Source: Schizochytrium sp. TIO01 (taxonomy: Eukaryota; Protista; Bigyra: Labyrinthulomycetes). From it: DNA of 64,000 nt. Made by a program: the position numbers and the translations under genes. Positions 13,236-24,700 of the stretch are shown piece by piece (position 1 is the stretch's first letter; each line of letters opens with the position of its first letter). The notes below the pieces were generated by a model. It saw only the letters and a list, made by a program, of their open reading frames with translations, searched no databases and had not been told where the DNA came from. The DNA lies in NCBI GenBank assembly GCA_004764695.1, contig SMSO01000031.1, positions 7,856,761 through 7,920,760 of the forward strand, written 5' to 3'.

Positions 13236-13500
13236 GTTTGTTTGTTTGTTTGTTTGTTTGTTTGTTTGTTTGTTTGTTTGTTTGTTTGTTTGTTTGTTTG
13301 TTTGTTTGTTTGTTTGTTTGTTTGTTTGTTTGTTTGTTTGTTTGTTTGTTTGTTTGTTTGTTTGTTTGTTTGTTTGTTTGTTTGTTTGTTTGTTTGTTTG
13401 TTTGTTTGTTTGTTTGTTTGTTTGTTTGTTTGTTTGTTTGTTTGTTTGTTTGTTTGTTTGTTTGTTTGTTTGTTTGTTTGTTTTGTTTGTTTGTTGTTTG
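13236..13500. repeat. (GTTT)n microsatellite, about 265 bp
   Basis: Directly visible; source of the FVCL-repeat ORFs. Confidence 0.97.
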
Positions 13501-13904
13501 TGCTCTAGCTAGAGAAACACCGCTGCTCGCTTTGCCTGCGGTTTACAAAACGATTGGCACTGTTTTCCTCCGAGCAACCTCGACCAATGGAGCGCCTCCT
13601 CCCTCCTCCCTCCTCGGCACTCGAGCTTCAGCATCCTTAGAAGTCAAAAACTCGAGGTCACAATGTCCTCGGAAAAACTCTCACGGTACGAGTCCAAGAG
13701 CTCTGGTATTTTCCGATTCGTAGGTGTTCAAGTTATACTCCGTCGTCTAAAACGGTGTTTGGGATTCGGCAAGCAGCGAGTGCCAAAACAAAACACTGAC
13801 CCATGAGAGTTGAGCAGCTCTTTAAGACCTTCAACTCCAGCTCCAACTTTTAGTTCAACCTGAAATTCAACTCGGAAGCTACCTGGAATTCAAGTTAGAA
13901 TTCA

Positions 13905-13983
13905 ACTTCAAGCTCCAGCTCAAGCTCCAGCTCCAGCTCAAGCTCAACTTGAACTTGAACTCGAACTCGAACTTGAACTCGAA
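13905..13983. repeat. Degenerate hexamer array (CTCCAG/CTCAAG grading into CTTGAA/CTCGAA)
   Basis: Visible 6-bp periodicity. Confidence 0.7.
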
Positions 13984-16900
13984 GACCTCTTCTTCCAAGT
14001 CGAAATCACCCCTCAACTTAAAGGACAACAAAAACGTCGAGACCTCCTTGCCAAGCATGGGATTTTGCCGGTACCTAGCTATGTTGCTTTGTTTCTTTTC
14101 GTAGCTACTCAAAAGAAAAGTGAGCGGACCAAACAAGAAACAAAAAAAGGTTATTTTAATAAAGCTTACAAAGAAAAGGAATAATTTACACCATTCGAAA
14201 TCGATGCCAATGACTTCGCATACCACTGGTATTGTTACCATTGCAGTATCCTGTTGTATTTATGCCATGATTTGTATGATCATCACAATTGACACACAAC
14301 GTCTCTGGTGGCCCATGATATGTTCATTAACACTAGTTCTTTCTGCTAGGACAATTCTCTATACTTGGCAGAATATGCATTAATCAATGGGAGTGAAAAA
14401 AGAAAAGAAAAAAAGGGAATATAGAAAAGAAGAAAAAGACTAATCATAGAAAAATAGAAAGAAGAACTTTACAGAGAAAAGTAAAATTTTGTTTTCTTCG
14501 TTATATACACTGATGCATGCCTTGCTCAAGGCGATCAAGATCCTTTGATAGTACAAGAATTGATCTTGGCGAGGAGCACCGTCTGCAAACTGGTTGAGAC
14601 TATAAACAGGTCTGGAGACATTTTGCCTTAGTGATAATTTGTTTTCATTTTTTAAGTTCAGACGGTTAATCTATTTGGTTAAACTCCCTAACCTCCCATG
14701 TACTCCTCGTGAATTCTGCTTTCCAATTGACGTTCTTGATAAACTGATCTCTATCAAGAACGTGGACAAAAGTATAGACAACCCAACACCGCGACTGTAG
14801 GTCCAAGCAAGGAAGTGCAATAATGATACCCTATAGGCTCCTACTATCAACGGTGGTATTCCAAGCCATTGATACTGTAGATAAGAAAGAATCGCGACAA
14901 GTGCCTTGGTAGCCTGCATTTTGGACTATAATAAGAAAGAAACAAAGTAAGGGGTTTCTGTCTGTTTCTATTTTTGTTTGTGGTTTATAAAAAATCAAAA
15001 TCATAGCAACTTGAAAACGTTTGAAGTCTATAAAAGAATGAACTAGCAAGAAAAAATTCGTTTCATTCGTCAGTCATCTTCTTCATCAGAGTCTTCATCT
15101 TCTTTCTTAAGATCACCAGAATCGCAAGAGTTGAGACCTAGATTGTCTAAAATAAAGTTGAGGTGGCGGGGTTCACATTGGGAAAACTCAGTGGAATTAA
15201 AGAGGATCGAGACTGTCGCATCCTGGGCGCAAAGGATCATTTCCTCGGTCACATTACTCTTCATCCTCTTCCTGCGATGCCGCTACTGCGGCTATTCATT
15301 TGCCGAGGTTTGCCAAGAAAGCAGGCACAAACAAACAAGCCCGCTTGGCCACGGCCTCTGCAGCCCAATCAAGTCATCCGCCCGACGCTCTTATGTGTCC
15401 AATCGATCCAATCGATCGATCGATCGCTTTGCTACAGAGCACTGACCGATGATCTCTGATTGGCTGACAATCCATTCGTTCACTGGTGATACCTAGGTGG
15501 GAGGGAGCTAGGTGTAACAGTAGGAGTAGCAGTAGGCAAACGAGTGAAGAAGTGCGAGATAACCACAGATATGGCGCACTAGAAAGACAGCCACTCGGAT
15601 TCTCGAACCGCTGTTGCCGAGATTGCTCATCTCTGCGCAGATGGACTTGATAAGAAGAAGGAGAAGAAGGAGTCCGAGAAGGACTTGGCGTTCTCGTGTT
15701 CAACGTCGATCGTGCCGTGGCATGGAGAGGTTTTCAGACCCCGAGACGACCTCATTGCGCCACGACGAAGGCATCTCTGGACCGGTTTCTGAGAATCGAT
15801 AAATTCCTCGTGACAGTGAAGATCGCAAAACCCACTCTGACGATAGGTACACGGATATGTATGTATATATATATATATATGTATACGTGTTCGTACCTAT
15901 GCGTACCCAGGATCCTACCACGATTTGGAATGAACGCTGAGGCACGATCATAATGAACTTCAAGTTTTTGAAGCTCCAGCGTTCTGAGGCCAAGGACTTT
16001 GTTGGACAAAGTTCGACTTGAGGTGCAGAGGATATGGTGATCGTCTCCGACTCGAATTAAGAAAGGAGGTCCCAAGCTGCCTCGAGCTCATCATGACTTG
16101 AGCTCCTCGTCAAACGAAGAATCTACAGTGCCCAAGAACTCTCGGCCAATCGTTTATACTAACTACGCCATAGGCGCCTCTTACTTACTATCTGTCAGTG
16201 CTAGATAGACAAAACAGTAGATCCATAGAAAGAAAACGAAGAAACAACTTTCAAGTTAAAAGAACTTGAAGTAACAGGAATAGTTCCTAGGGACTTCTAC
16301 GGGGAAGGATCGCCTGCTACACTTTAAGTTAGACAGGTCCTAAGCGATTTAATTGTGTTGGAGGGCGGAAAAAGAAAATGTAGGGGAAAAAAGAAGGGAA
16401 AAGTGCTGCGGGGAGGAAGGAAGTTCAGGAAACCGTTCCGGGAACCCGCACTTATGGGTAAGGGTCTTGTTATAAAGGCACTGGTAGTTTGTGACAGGAG
16501 GTGGATTTGGGGCTTCTTCAAGAGAAGCTCTTGTCTTGAAGACAAGCAGAGCAGAGCGAGGTTGCGAAAGCAGTGGATGGCGAAGAAACGTTGGTGGAAG
16601 GTGAAAGGATGAATGCAGGTGAATAATGATATGGACAAGCTCATGGCTGATCAAGGTTTGGAGAAATGTAGGTGTACTGAGAAGTACTGGTGGGGCTTAC
16701 AGAGATCAAGCGAATGAAAAATCATTTCTTAATCAATTTGAAGGGGCCAGCAGAAATAATAAAACGGTTTCATGGATTAATGGCACCACAGTGGAAAGGG
16801 TACCAAAGAATCCCATGTATGGCTAATATCTTTCTGAAAGAAATTAAAGTTGGGACATTGGCAGTCCAATGAGACTCAGATTTAAAATGCTCGCGCTACG

Positions 16901-17178
16901 GAGAAGCAGAATTCAACGTAATACCTGAACGTTGGGGCGATTCATTTTTTAAAAGAGAGAAAATAGAGAAATTTATTTAAAAGTCACTCGGGACCGACGT
17001 AGTTGGACAATCTAGAGAAAACACAGCGATTGGCCTGGATACAAAATCTTGTCTACAATTGCAAATTTAGTGAATGTAATTGTTTGATTCCTTTGATTTC
17101 ATTTTAAATTTAAATGAAACTAAAACAAGATAAGGTCTAGCTTTGTCAACCAGCTTGGAGTATCGCGAAAAATACGTC

Positions 17179-20100
17179 TTAGCGTTTAAGGTAGGAAATG
17201 TATGTGTAACTCAAGACAGTGAGAATGCGCAAACCCGCGGCAAACCCTCCCAAAGCTCCAATGCAAAATTTCCAATCGTGGGATTCGTAGCCAAAATTAT
17301 CTTGCGTAAACTCCCAGGCAGTCTGACCATTGGTAAGCATTGTACATCCAGCATTGCTGCTTGGCTCAGAAGAAGGGTCATCGCAGGCAAGCTGTGATAC
17401 GACGAGGGCATTCAAAGCGTATCGAATAGGGTTGATAGCGACCATCCACTGCCAGAACCCAGGAATATCATCCCATGCAATCATCAGACCACAGGTGATA
17501 GACCAGAAGCCAATTGAGACCGCACCGATAATGTTAGCGACCTGGTCTGTCGGGCATGCAGCAGCAAGAAAGTGGCCCCAAAATGTCATCACCATCATGA
17601 ACAAAAAGTAGGTAAACCAGAATAAGAAGAAGGCTCTGGCACTATGCTCGAGGTAGACAATGAAGTAGAAGATTGCTTCGTAAATGAGCGTGGTTGCCAA
17701 GATGTAAGGAAGCTCTGTAACCGTTTGAGCAATGACCATAGGAGCCACGCCATAGTAATGCGCAGCTCGCTCGCGGTAGTAAGGAGCACGTTCATCCATG
17801 ATTGTTGGGATTGCAGTGTTCAAAGCAATCACACCCATGAAAGTGGAGCCGTGATAAAGAAGGCCCATGAAACTCTGAATATCCATCGAGGTCTCGATTT
17901 CAACTCCGTTCATGAAGAAAGAAAAACCAAAGAATATAGCGATGAGAATGGTAACTGCAAACCGAGTGGTGTTATAACCCGGGTTTCGCCAGAAAGAAAG
18001 CCACCAACGTTTCGTCAGCTGGTCGAGTTGAGTGCCAAAAGTACTCGCGAATGCATCCTCAAAATGAAATTCTGGGCGCTCATCTAGATTTCTCTTGATC
18101 ACTTCATCAATGGCTTCCTCATTACGCTGCCGAAGACCGCTCTCTCGGTATTCATGTGCGTAATCGGCCGTGGCTTTGTAGCCAGCACTTGCACCGATCG
18201 CCTCTAGCATGTATGTGGCTGGGTTGTATCGTGGGTTCGGCATAAGGCGGGTACCAGGAATTGCAGCTAGGTAATCCAAAAGCTGCTTGGACCCTTCACC
18301 AAGATCTCCAAAATACACCATTTCACCGCCGCGCCGAAGCAGCAACAAACGATCAAACTTTGTGAAGATATCTTTTGAGGGCTGATGAATGGTACAAATG
18401 ACAGTACGACCAGCGCGTGCAATGCGCTCAAGGCCATCCATTACAATACGCGCAGAGCTCGCATCAAGTCCAGATGTTGGTTCATCTGCAAAGATAATTG
18501 CCGGGTTTGCAGCAAGCTCTACTCCAATTGTGACACGCTTGGCCTGCTCAGTACTGAGGCCGCCCTGCGTCTTAAATCCAATAACAAATCCACGAATAGG
18601 TTCCAGTTTGAGGGTATCAATTACACGTTCGACGAAAAGATCTTTCTCTTCCTTGGAAACACTATGAGGCTGACGCAGGTAGGCTGAGAATGTAAGTGCT
18701 TCTTCCACAGTTGCGTTTGGGCTATGGATGTCCATCTGCTCAACATAGCCGACAATGCGAGAAAAGGAAGTTTTTTCCTGAGGCCGGCCGTTCACAAGTA
18801 CTTCTCCAGTAATCTTACCACCCGTTTTGCGCAAGGCAAGCACATCAAGCAATGTAGATTTACCCGCGCCAGAGCTGCCCATGAGCGCAGTCAGCGTTCC
18901 TGCTTCAGCATAACCGGTAATACCTTTAAGAAGCTCCAAAGAGCAAGAGCTGCCCTTGTCCTCAGGTCCAGGGACAGCATACCAGAGGTCTCTAAAGACG
19001 AGATCTGCAGGAACAAAGTCAGCTTGATTCAGTGAGGTCTCCATGCGCATATCAGAGCGTGCTGGGTTAGCTGACCCATCTTTATTCTTCCTGAGTGCGC
19101 TTGTCGAGGGCACATCGATACGAGATGAGGCGTTTCGCTCAGCATGCACACGCTCAACTTCAGCAATATCTGCATCATGCACGTCTTCTGCACCTGGATT
19201 GGCTTTGGTTTGGCGCCCGCCACTTCCTTCCCAACGGCAGAAGTCATAGCCAAGACAACTAATGATGATATCAAGGAGCTTGTAACCAAGAAGGACAAGC
19301 ACGCCAGCATAAATATACTGGTTGTTATCTTCAACACCAAAAAGGTCCAATGCATAAGCTCGCTGGTCGGCGGTAAATGCAGTGGAACTAAAGATGATCA
19401 GACTTGCACTACGAAACGCATAACCAATCGGTGATAGCCAGTAAATCCAAATAAACCATATTGGGATCTGGTCGCCTGTAAGAATGTACCCACTGAACAG
19501 CACAGTAGAACCGATCGAAATTGCCGCAAGGACCTGGGAAATAGAAGGTGTTGCGGCGTAGGTTCCGACAGCGCGAAGGAAAGCAGAAAACGAAATATTG
19601 AGCACAAACAGGATGCAGAGAAAGCACATGTAGCGGCCACCGTAATCACTCTCTCCAGTCACAGAGTTTTCGGGGCTCGGAACTAGCCGAGAGCACCAAA
19701 AAACAAGAGCAGATAGGAGGACACATTCAATGAAAGCGATTGGAATGGTAGCTACCGTTTCTGCAATTACATAATTGATGGTACGAAAGAAGTAGCTACC
19801 GCTCTGTTTGTAGTACACGGGACGCTGATCCAGAACAACAGGCATTTGCGCCATGCCTGAGAGCATGCTTTGCATCAAAACACCAAAAATGATACCAAAG
19901 CGCTGAGTCGTGGGTGTTTGGTCGTCCGAACTGCTGGTGGGAAGGTTAGGGTCAAGGTTGAGAAACACAGTTCCCATGAGAACACCCATCACAACTGCTT
20001 GCGTGATCCGTGCAATCACGAAGTTCATATCACGAAACGTGAGCTTCATGTGACGATCTACCACCAGTTGAAGTTCCTTACAGCAATTGTTTGCGTAAAG

Positions 20101-21735
20101 CGGTGTTTGGCGATCGTAAAGCTCTTCTCGTGCGGAAGAGTCGATGCCATTTGCAGGGTTAATCCAGTATTCTGTAGCATCTCTCTTCTTTTGCGAAAAG
20201 GGAGAGCGCTCCCAAGCAGCTGCCATTTCCATTTCATTAGAGGGAGCATCAGCACGAACCTGGTAACGAGTCCGCTGCGAAGTGGTTACCTCCTGGATGA
20301 AATCAGCAATATCACGATCGAAAGGGCACTCGAATCCAATGCTCTCGAAATAAGGTAGAACGTCTTCGCGTGGGCCATGGAATACAATGTGACCTAGCGC
20401 AAGAATTAATATCTCATCGAAAAGGTCGTACGTCTCAGGCGCTGGTTGCAATAAAGCCACAACAGGGGTTGTATTGAGTGATTTTGCAACGCCTGTAATG
20501 CGTCGACAAATGTCGAAAGTGGCAGCACTATCAAGACCCGTGGAGATCTGATCGTAAAAGGCAATAGGACGCCGGCCCATGAGCATCTCAGCACTTGTCA
20601 CACGCTTCTTCTCACCTCCTGAGACACCACGAATCAGCTCGTTACCAACGATTGTATCCTGGGCGTTGGTGAGAGCCAGATTGTCGATCACAAATTGGGG
20701 CAAATCTTCCAGCTGCTTCTTGATAATATCCCATTCTTCTTTCGACACCTTCTCCGATGTGCCCGCTCGTGTCATCACATGTAGTGCCATTTCGGGTCCA
20801 CCAAAACAGTTGTAGGCGAACTCAAGTGTTTCGCGCACTGTTAGAACTGGGTTGTGCACATCAACCTGATCGATGAAAGCCACCATCTTACGAAGGTGAA
20901 GATCTTCAGCCTGAAATCCAGAGTAGCGGATGTCGCCGCTTAGTTTCTTGTGCCCCCCAACTGCTGCTCGACCTCCCAGAACTTTAAACAAGGTGCTCAC
21001 ACCACACCCTGGAGGTCCAAGGACGAGGGTAGATTTACCAGCTTCAAAAACACCTGAAAGGTTACGAAGAATTGGCAGATCCATGCGGTTCTTACTACCA
21101 CATGAAAACAGTTTCCAAACCGAGGTTGCCACATCTTGAATGCCAACGTCTGCCTTTGCCACATTTACAGTGTAGTTGAGGTCCTTGAAAGCAAGGTTGA
21201 TAGGCCAGGTGTCGTCACCCTGCGCACGCGAAACGATCTGTGCATAGCCAATCATCGTCAAATCGCGGTGCTGTGTAGGCATGGAACTTTCGATGCGCGA
21301 TGGCGCTCTGATAAGTCCGCGACCCATCAGCTGTCCAAGGAGCACAATTTCTTCTGGTGATAAGCTCACTTTGAGAGATTCATCAGTTTCTCCCCGATCT
21401 CTCTTCTTCTGAACCTGCTTCTGCAGGCGACCAAGGAGCGACCGAATTTTCACTACTTCGTCTTCGGTAGGACGCTCATCAACGACATCCTTCGTTCTTG
21501 CTCCATCCTCTTCTTCGCTGTCGCAGTCGTCTGCTGGGCCAGGGGATGAGCTCATTTTAGCATCAACAACGTTATCTTCCTTTATCTGCACTTGGACATC
21601 AACATCAGCATCGTTCGTTGTGGAATTTGAAGTAATGTCTTCACTAAGGGTGGAAGTTACCGTGTCTTGTTCCAGGATTGTCCTTTCGGACTCTCCCATT
21701 TTCGTAGCATTCTCCGGACCATTATTGGGCAACAT
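17179..21735 (-). CDS. Full-size PDR-type ABCG transporter, copy 3 (intact, about 1518 aa)
   Basis: Single ORF with NBD1-TMD1-NBD2-TMD2 order; motifs GPPGCGVSTL, VSGGEKKRV, GSSGAGKST, LSTEQAKRV, DEPTSGLD, TIHQP. First ATG is at 21735. Confidence 0.97.
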   Translation of the reverse strand: MLPNNGPENATKMGESERTILEQDTVTSTLSEDITSNSTTNDADVDVQVQIKEDNVVDAKMSSSPGPADDCDSEEEDGARTKDVVDERPTEDEVVKIRSLLGRLQKQVQKKRDRGETDESLKVSLSPEEIVLLGQLMGRGLIRAPSRIESSMPTQHRDLTMIGYAQIVSRAQGDDTWPINLAFKDLNYTVNVAKADVGIQDVATSVWKLFSCGSKNRMDLPILRNLSGVFEAGKSTLVLGPPGCGVSTLFKVLGGRAAVGGHKKLSGDIRYSGFQAEDLHLRKMVAFIDQVDVHNPVLTVRETLEFAYNCFGGPEMALHVMTRAGTSEKVSKEEWDIIKKQLEDLPQFVIDNLALTNAQDTIVGNELIRGVSGGEKKRVTSAEMLMGRRPIAFYDQISTGLDSAATFDICRRITGVAKSLNTTPVVALLQPAPETYDLFDEILILALGHIVFHGPREDVLPYFESIGFECPFDRDIADFIQEVTTSQRTRYQVRADAPSNEMEMAAAWERSPFSQKKRDATEYWINPANGIDSSAREELYDRQTPLYANNCCKELQLVVDRHMKLTFRDMNFVIARITQAVVMGVLMGTVFLNLDPNLPTSSSDDQTPTTQRFGIIFGVLMQSMLSGMAQMPVVLDQRPVYYKQSGSYFFRTINYVIAETVATIPIAFIECVLLSALVFWCSRLVPSPENSVTGESDYGGRYMCFLCILFVLNISFSAFLRAVGTYAATPSISQVLAAISIGSTVLFSGYILTGDQIPIWFIWIYWLSPIGYAFRSASLIIFSSTAFTADQRAYALDLFGVEDNNQYIYAGVLVLLGYKLLDIIISCLGYDFCRWEGSGGRQTKANPGAEDVHDADIAEVERVHAERNASSRIDVPSTSALRKNKDGSANPARSDMRMETSLNQADFVPADLVFRDLWYAVPGPEDKGSSCSLELLKGITGYAEAGTLTALMGSSGAGKSTLLDVLALRKTGGKITGEVLVNGRPQEKTSFSRIVGYVEQMDIHSPNATVEEALTFSAYLRQPHSVSKEEKDLFVERVIDTLKLEPIRGFVIGFKTQGGLSTEQAKRVTIGVELAANPAIIFADEPTSGLDASSARIVMDGLERIARAGRTVICTIHQPSKDIFTKFDRLLLLRRGGEMVYFGDLGEGSKQLLDYLAAIPGTRLMPNPRYNPATYMLEAIGASAGYKATADYAHEYRESGLRQRNEEAIDEVIKRNLDERPEFHFEDAFASTFGTQLDQLTKRWWLSFWRNPGYNTTRFAVTILIAIFFGFSFFMNGVEIETSMDIQSFMGLLYHGSTFMGVIALNTAIPTIMDERAPYYRERAAHYYGVAPMVIAQTVTELPYILATTLIYEAIFYFIVYLEHSARAFFLFWFTYFLFMMVMTFWGHFLAAACPTDQVANIIGAVSIGFWSITCGLMIAWDDIPGFWQWMVAINPIRYALNALVVSQLACDDPSSEPSSNAGCTMLTNGQTAWEFTQDNFGYESHDWKFCIGALGGFAAGLRILTVLSYTYISYLKR

Positions 21736-24700
21736 TTGCAAAGTCCTCCTATACGATGACTCTAGATTTCGTCACGAGGAAGTTTATCTTCAAGTCACAC
21801 TAGAGATTCAACTTGCCGACCCTTGTTTCCGTGACTTGGGTTGCCCCTCGCCTTGATATTGAGGCAGGCAATTCAATAACCTTCGTGTTGTTTGGCTACT
21901 TCTGAGTTATTGCTTTCGGCAGGCACCTGCTCGTATTTGGTTTTTGCTTGTATCAATTCGCTGCTCGACACGTCTGATTATACAGTCTTGATTCTTATTG
22001 CTGTCGAGTTTAAGGTTTGCATGTGCAAGGGTCTGAAAACCTTATTTCTTATAATTTTATTTTTTCTCTAAAAATTCGAATGTTTCATGCTTATTATTTT
22101 CTTCTCCCTTAGAAATAAATTAAAAATTCCTAGTTTACGCGGTAGCAAGTGGATGCATGGTTCAGGGCGAAGAGGAGGCGCGGTGAACAACACTGTTATG
22201 AAGTTCTTTCACTTCAATTAGGCGTGTGCAATTTTCTAAGAAGCAAGTCTCATAGCCTTTACGCTATTCTCAAATAAAAAAGAGCTCGGTGAAGCCAAAG
22301 TATGAGAAGAACGAGAATCCAGACGAGATAAAGTTTCCTGGAAGAAGAGCGATTTGAAAAAAAGAAAAAAAGTACATACAATATTTTCGTCAGACATTTT
22401 TTATAATTTTAATTTTTTTTAAATCAAATGGGAAAGTCAGAAAACTTTGTGGTCTTCGCAAGAATTTTATGCATACGCCTCCAACGTTCACGCAAAGGTG
22501 CTCACCTTCAATGCTAATACGCTCCCAGTAGCTTTGCAATATCTTGGATCGTGCTACGGCGGACGGAGCGTGGCCACATTTGGGGTCTGTGAGGTGCTTT
22601 CAGATATTTTATTGACAGAAAGTATTCGATAATCCTATGGGCTCAGAGTCAAATCAAAACAAACAAACAAACAAATAATAAATTAATTGATAAGTAAATA
22701 AACTTTGCACTTTCTTTCCATCGTAAGAGCTTCCATCTGCCCCTTTTCACTCCAGGTGCGTTCCAAAGCGGGTTTTGCATTAACAATGAGTGATATATGA
22801 TTGAAAGCGTGATAACGCAAGTGCTGGTTCCGTCATAGAGGTATACATACGCTCGTTCGCTCCAGCATTCATTTACCTATCAGTTTTCCCGTGGTATGCC
22901 TCGTTATTTTTTAGACTCTTCTTGGCTGCTGTTCAAAGGAAATAAAATCCAGTGTCTTCTTAGAGGTGCCTGGCGTGCAAACTTCGAAGGTTTCGTACCT
23001 CTTTAAAGCAGCAAAGAAGAAGAGTAGGCTGTGGAATGCAGTTGACGTCGATCTTATGGCACGAGAAGAACGCTGGGCCATGGGCGCGTTCATTAATTAA
23101 TGGTTCTTGCCAGATTCACAGTCCTGGCTATGCATTTATTTCCTATACACTCTTCATGCTGCAATTCGATTCCTCAATCGATTGATCTATCCATGAAACA
23201 TGACATAACAGTTTTCTTGAAAGCGGTGGCTTGTAGGCCTAATTGAGTGATCACAAACCCACAAACAAGGGGAAAACAGAGTTTGATAAGCACTGAAATA
23301 GGAAGTCGAATTTACTGCTTTGTTTCTGCCTTGCACAAACCAAGTTCTAGCCTGCAATTTAGTCTGTGGCAAGCTTGCTCTATGCTTTCCTTTTGAGTGC
23401 GGTGAAGCTCGCGATGCACCGGAGCTTTAGCTTTCGCTCCATCGTGGCCCTTCACAGCTCTCAAAAGGTTCCCCGTCTCAGTTTTCCTCTCCAAGAAGCG
23501 CCAACAAAGTCGAAAAAAATGAGAAAAAGGTTGTACGGCGGACACAGAATTGTCTATTTCCGCAACTTGGGAGTTCTTGCGCCATTTTCTGCTGCAAAAG
23601 TATCAACAGGATCCTCTCGGCTAGAGATGAGTACTCGATGAGTAAAATCAACCCTAGGCACGTCAAACAGGGCCTCAGGGCAGAACGCGGATGAGTTTAT
23701 GGCCACCGCTGACAGCCGGTTATCAAAGTTTGGCCCTCTGTTTGAACGGCCTTTAGGTTCGCGAGAAGAGCTCCTTTTCAGCGCAATCCGACTTACCCAT
23801 ATAATTTGGAAGAAAGGAAGAACATTATATAAAGTTTCAAGAACTGATAGTAAGTAAGTAGGAGGTATCTCACGCACTAACTCATCAATCTACGTAGGCT
23901 TCGGTATTGTAATTGTTTTTGTTATTTACTTATTCCTTATTTTATCTATTATTATTGAAATTAAACAATTAAAGTTTTGATTTTCATTATAAAAATAACA
24001 AGAAAGCTTTTTGCTTATAATTACTACATTGGGGTATTTATTTAAATAAAAATTCCATCCTTGTCCAGGCATCACATTGTGCAAAACACAACTGCTGGCC
24101 AGTTATCTGTCATGTTATGAAATAGGTCCCCAGCACAAAGCGAAGGTTAAAAGTAGGCATGCAGGCCAAGGGCGCGTAAGCTCCTCCTTTGCTTTCTTCT
24201 TCGCCAAGAAACAGCGCTCAAAACAGTTCCGAGCAACACCAAAAGAAAGGCACAAAGATGGAATTTGATTTGCTGAAGAACAAACACCACTCGGCAGCTA
24301 GCGAGCGAAAAATGTGAATACTTGGTAGTCGTTCTAAGTAAGGTGGAAAGAACGATTAGGCTCTTGGAAACGCTGTGGATTGATTGTTCTCACGCATTCA
24401 AGAAAATAGTAGGTTTAACTGCAGATTCGACGAGGCATGTTTTCTCCAGTCGAAGCAAATGCAGATGCCTTCGGTTCTTCGTTGCTACGCAAACTTTGGT
24501 GTTTTAGTTTCATGTAATGAGAAATCATCCGAGCCGACGATTATTGCAGCTTTGTGCATTTGCTCTCCCCGCCACTGTGTTGTGCGGCACGCAATTTTAG
24601 GCATGACTCGAATCCAACTTGAGGCGGTGTCTTTATGAAGCTATTCTTCCCATTTGGAATGTGAGATTGGTAAGCTTGCTTCATGATACTTTGCCAAACT

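Noticed and set aside
13126-13723. ORFs with FVCL repeats (also TKTK at 6171-6674, NETNE/RLF at 5633-6060, poly-Y/L at 45667-46008)
   Set aside because: Stop-free translations of microsatellites with no coding evidence.
16355-16945. LINE ORF1/endonuclease relic (VDLGLLQEK; protein-like frame 16690-16945)
   Set aside because: Resemblance too weak; no RT motifs, poly(A) tail or target-site duplication identified.
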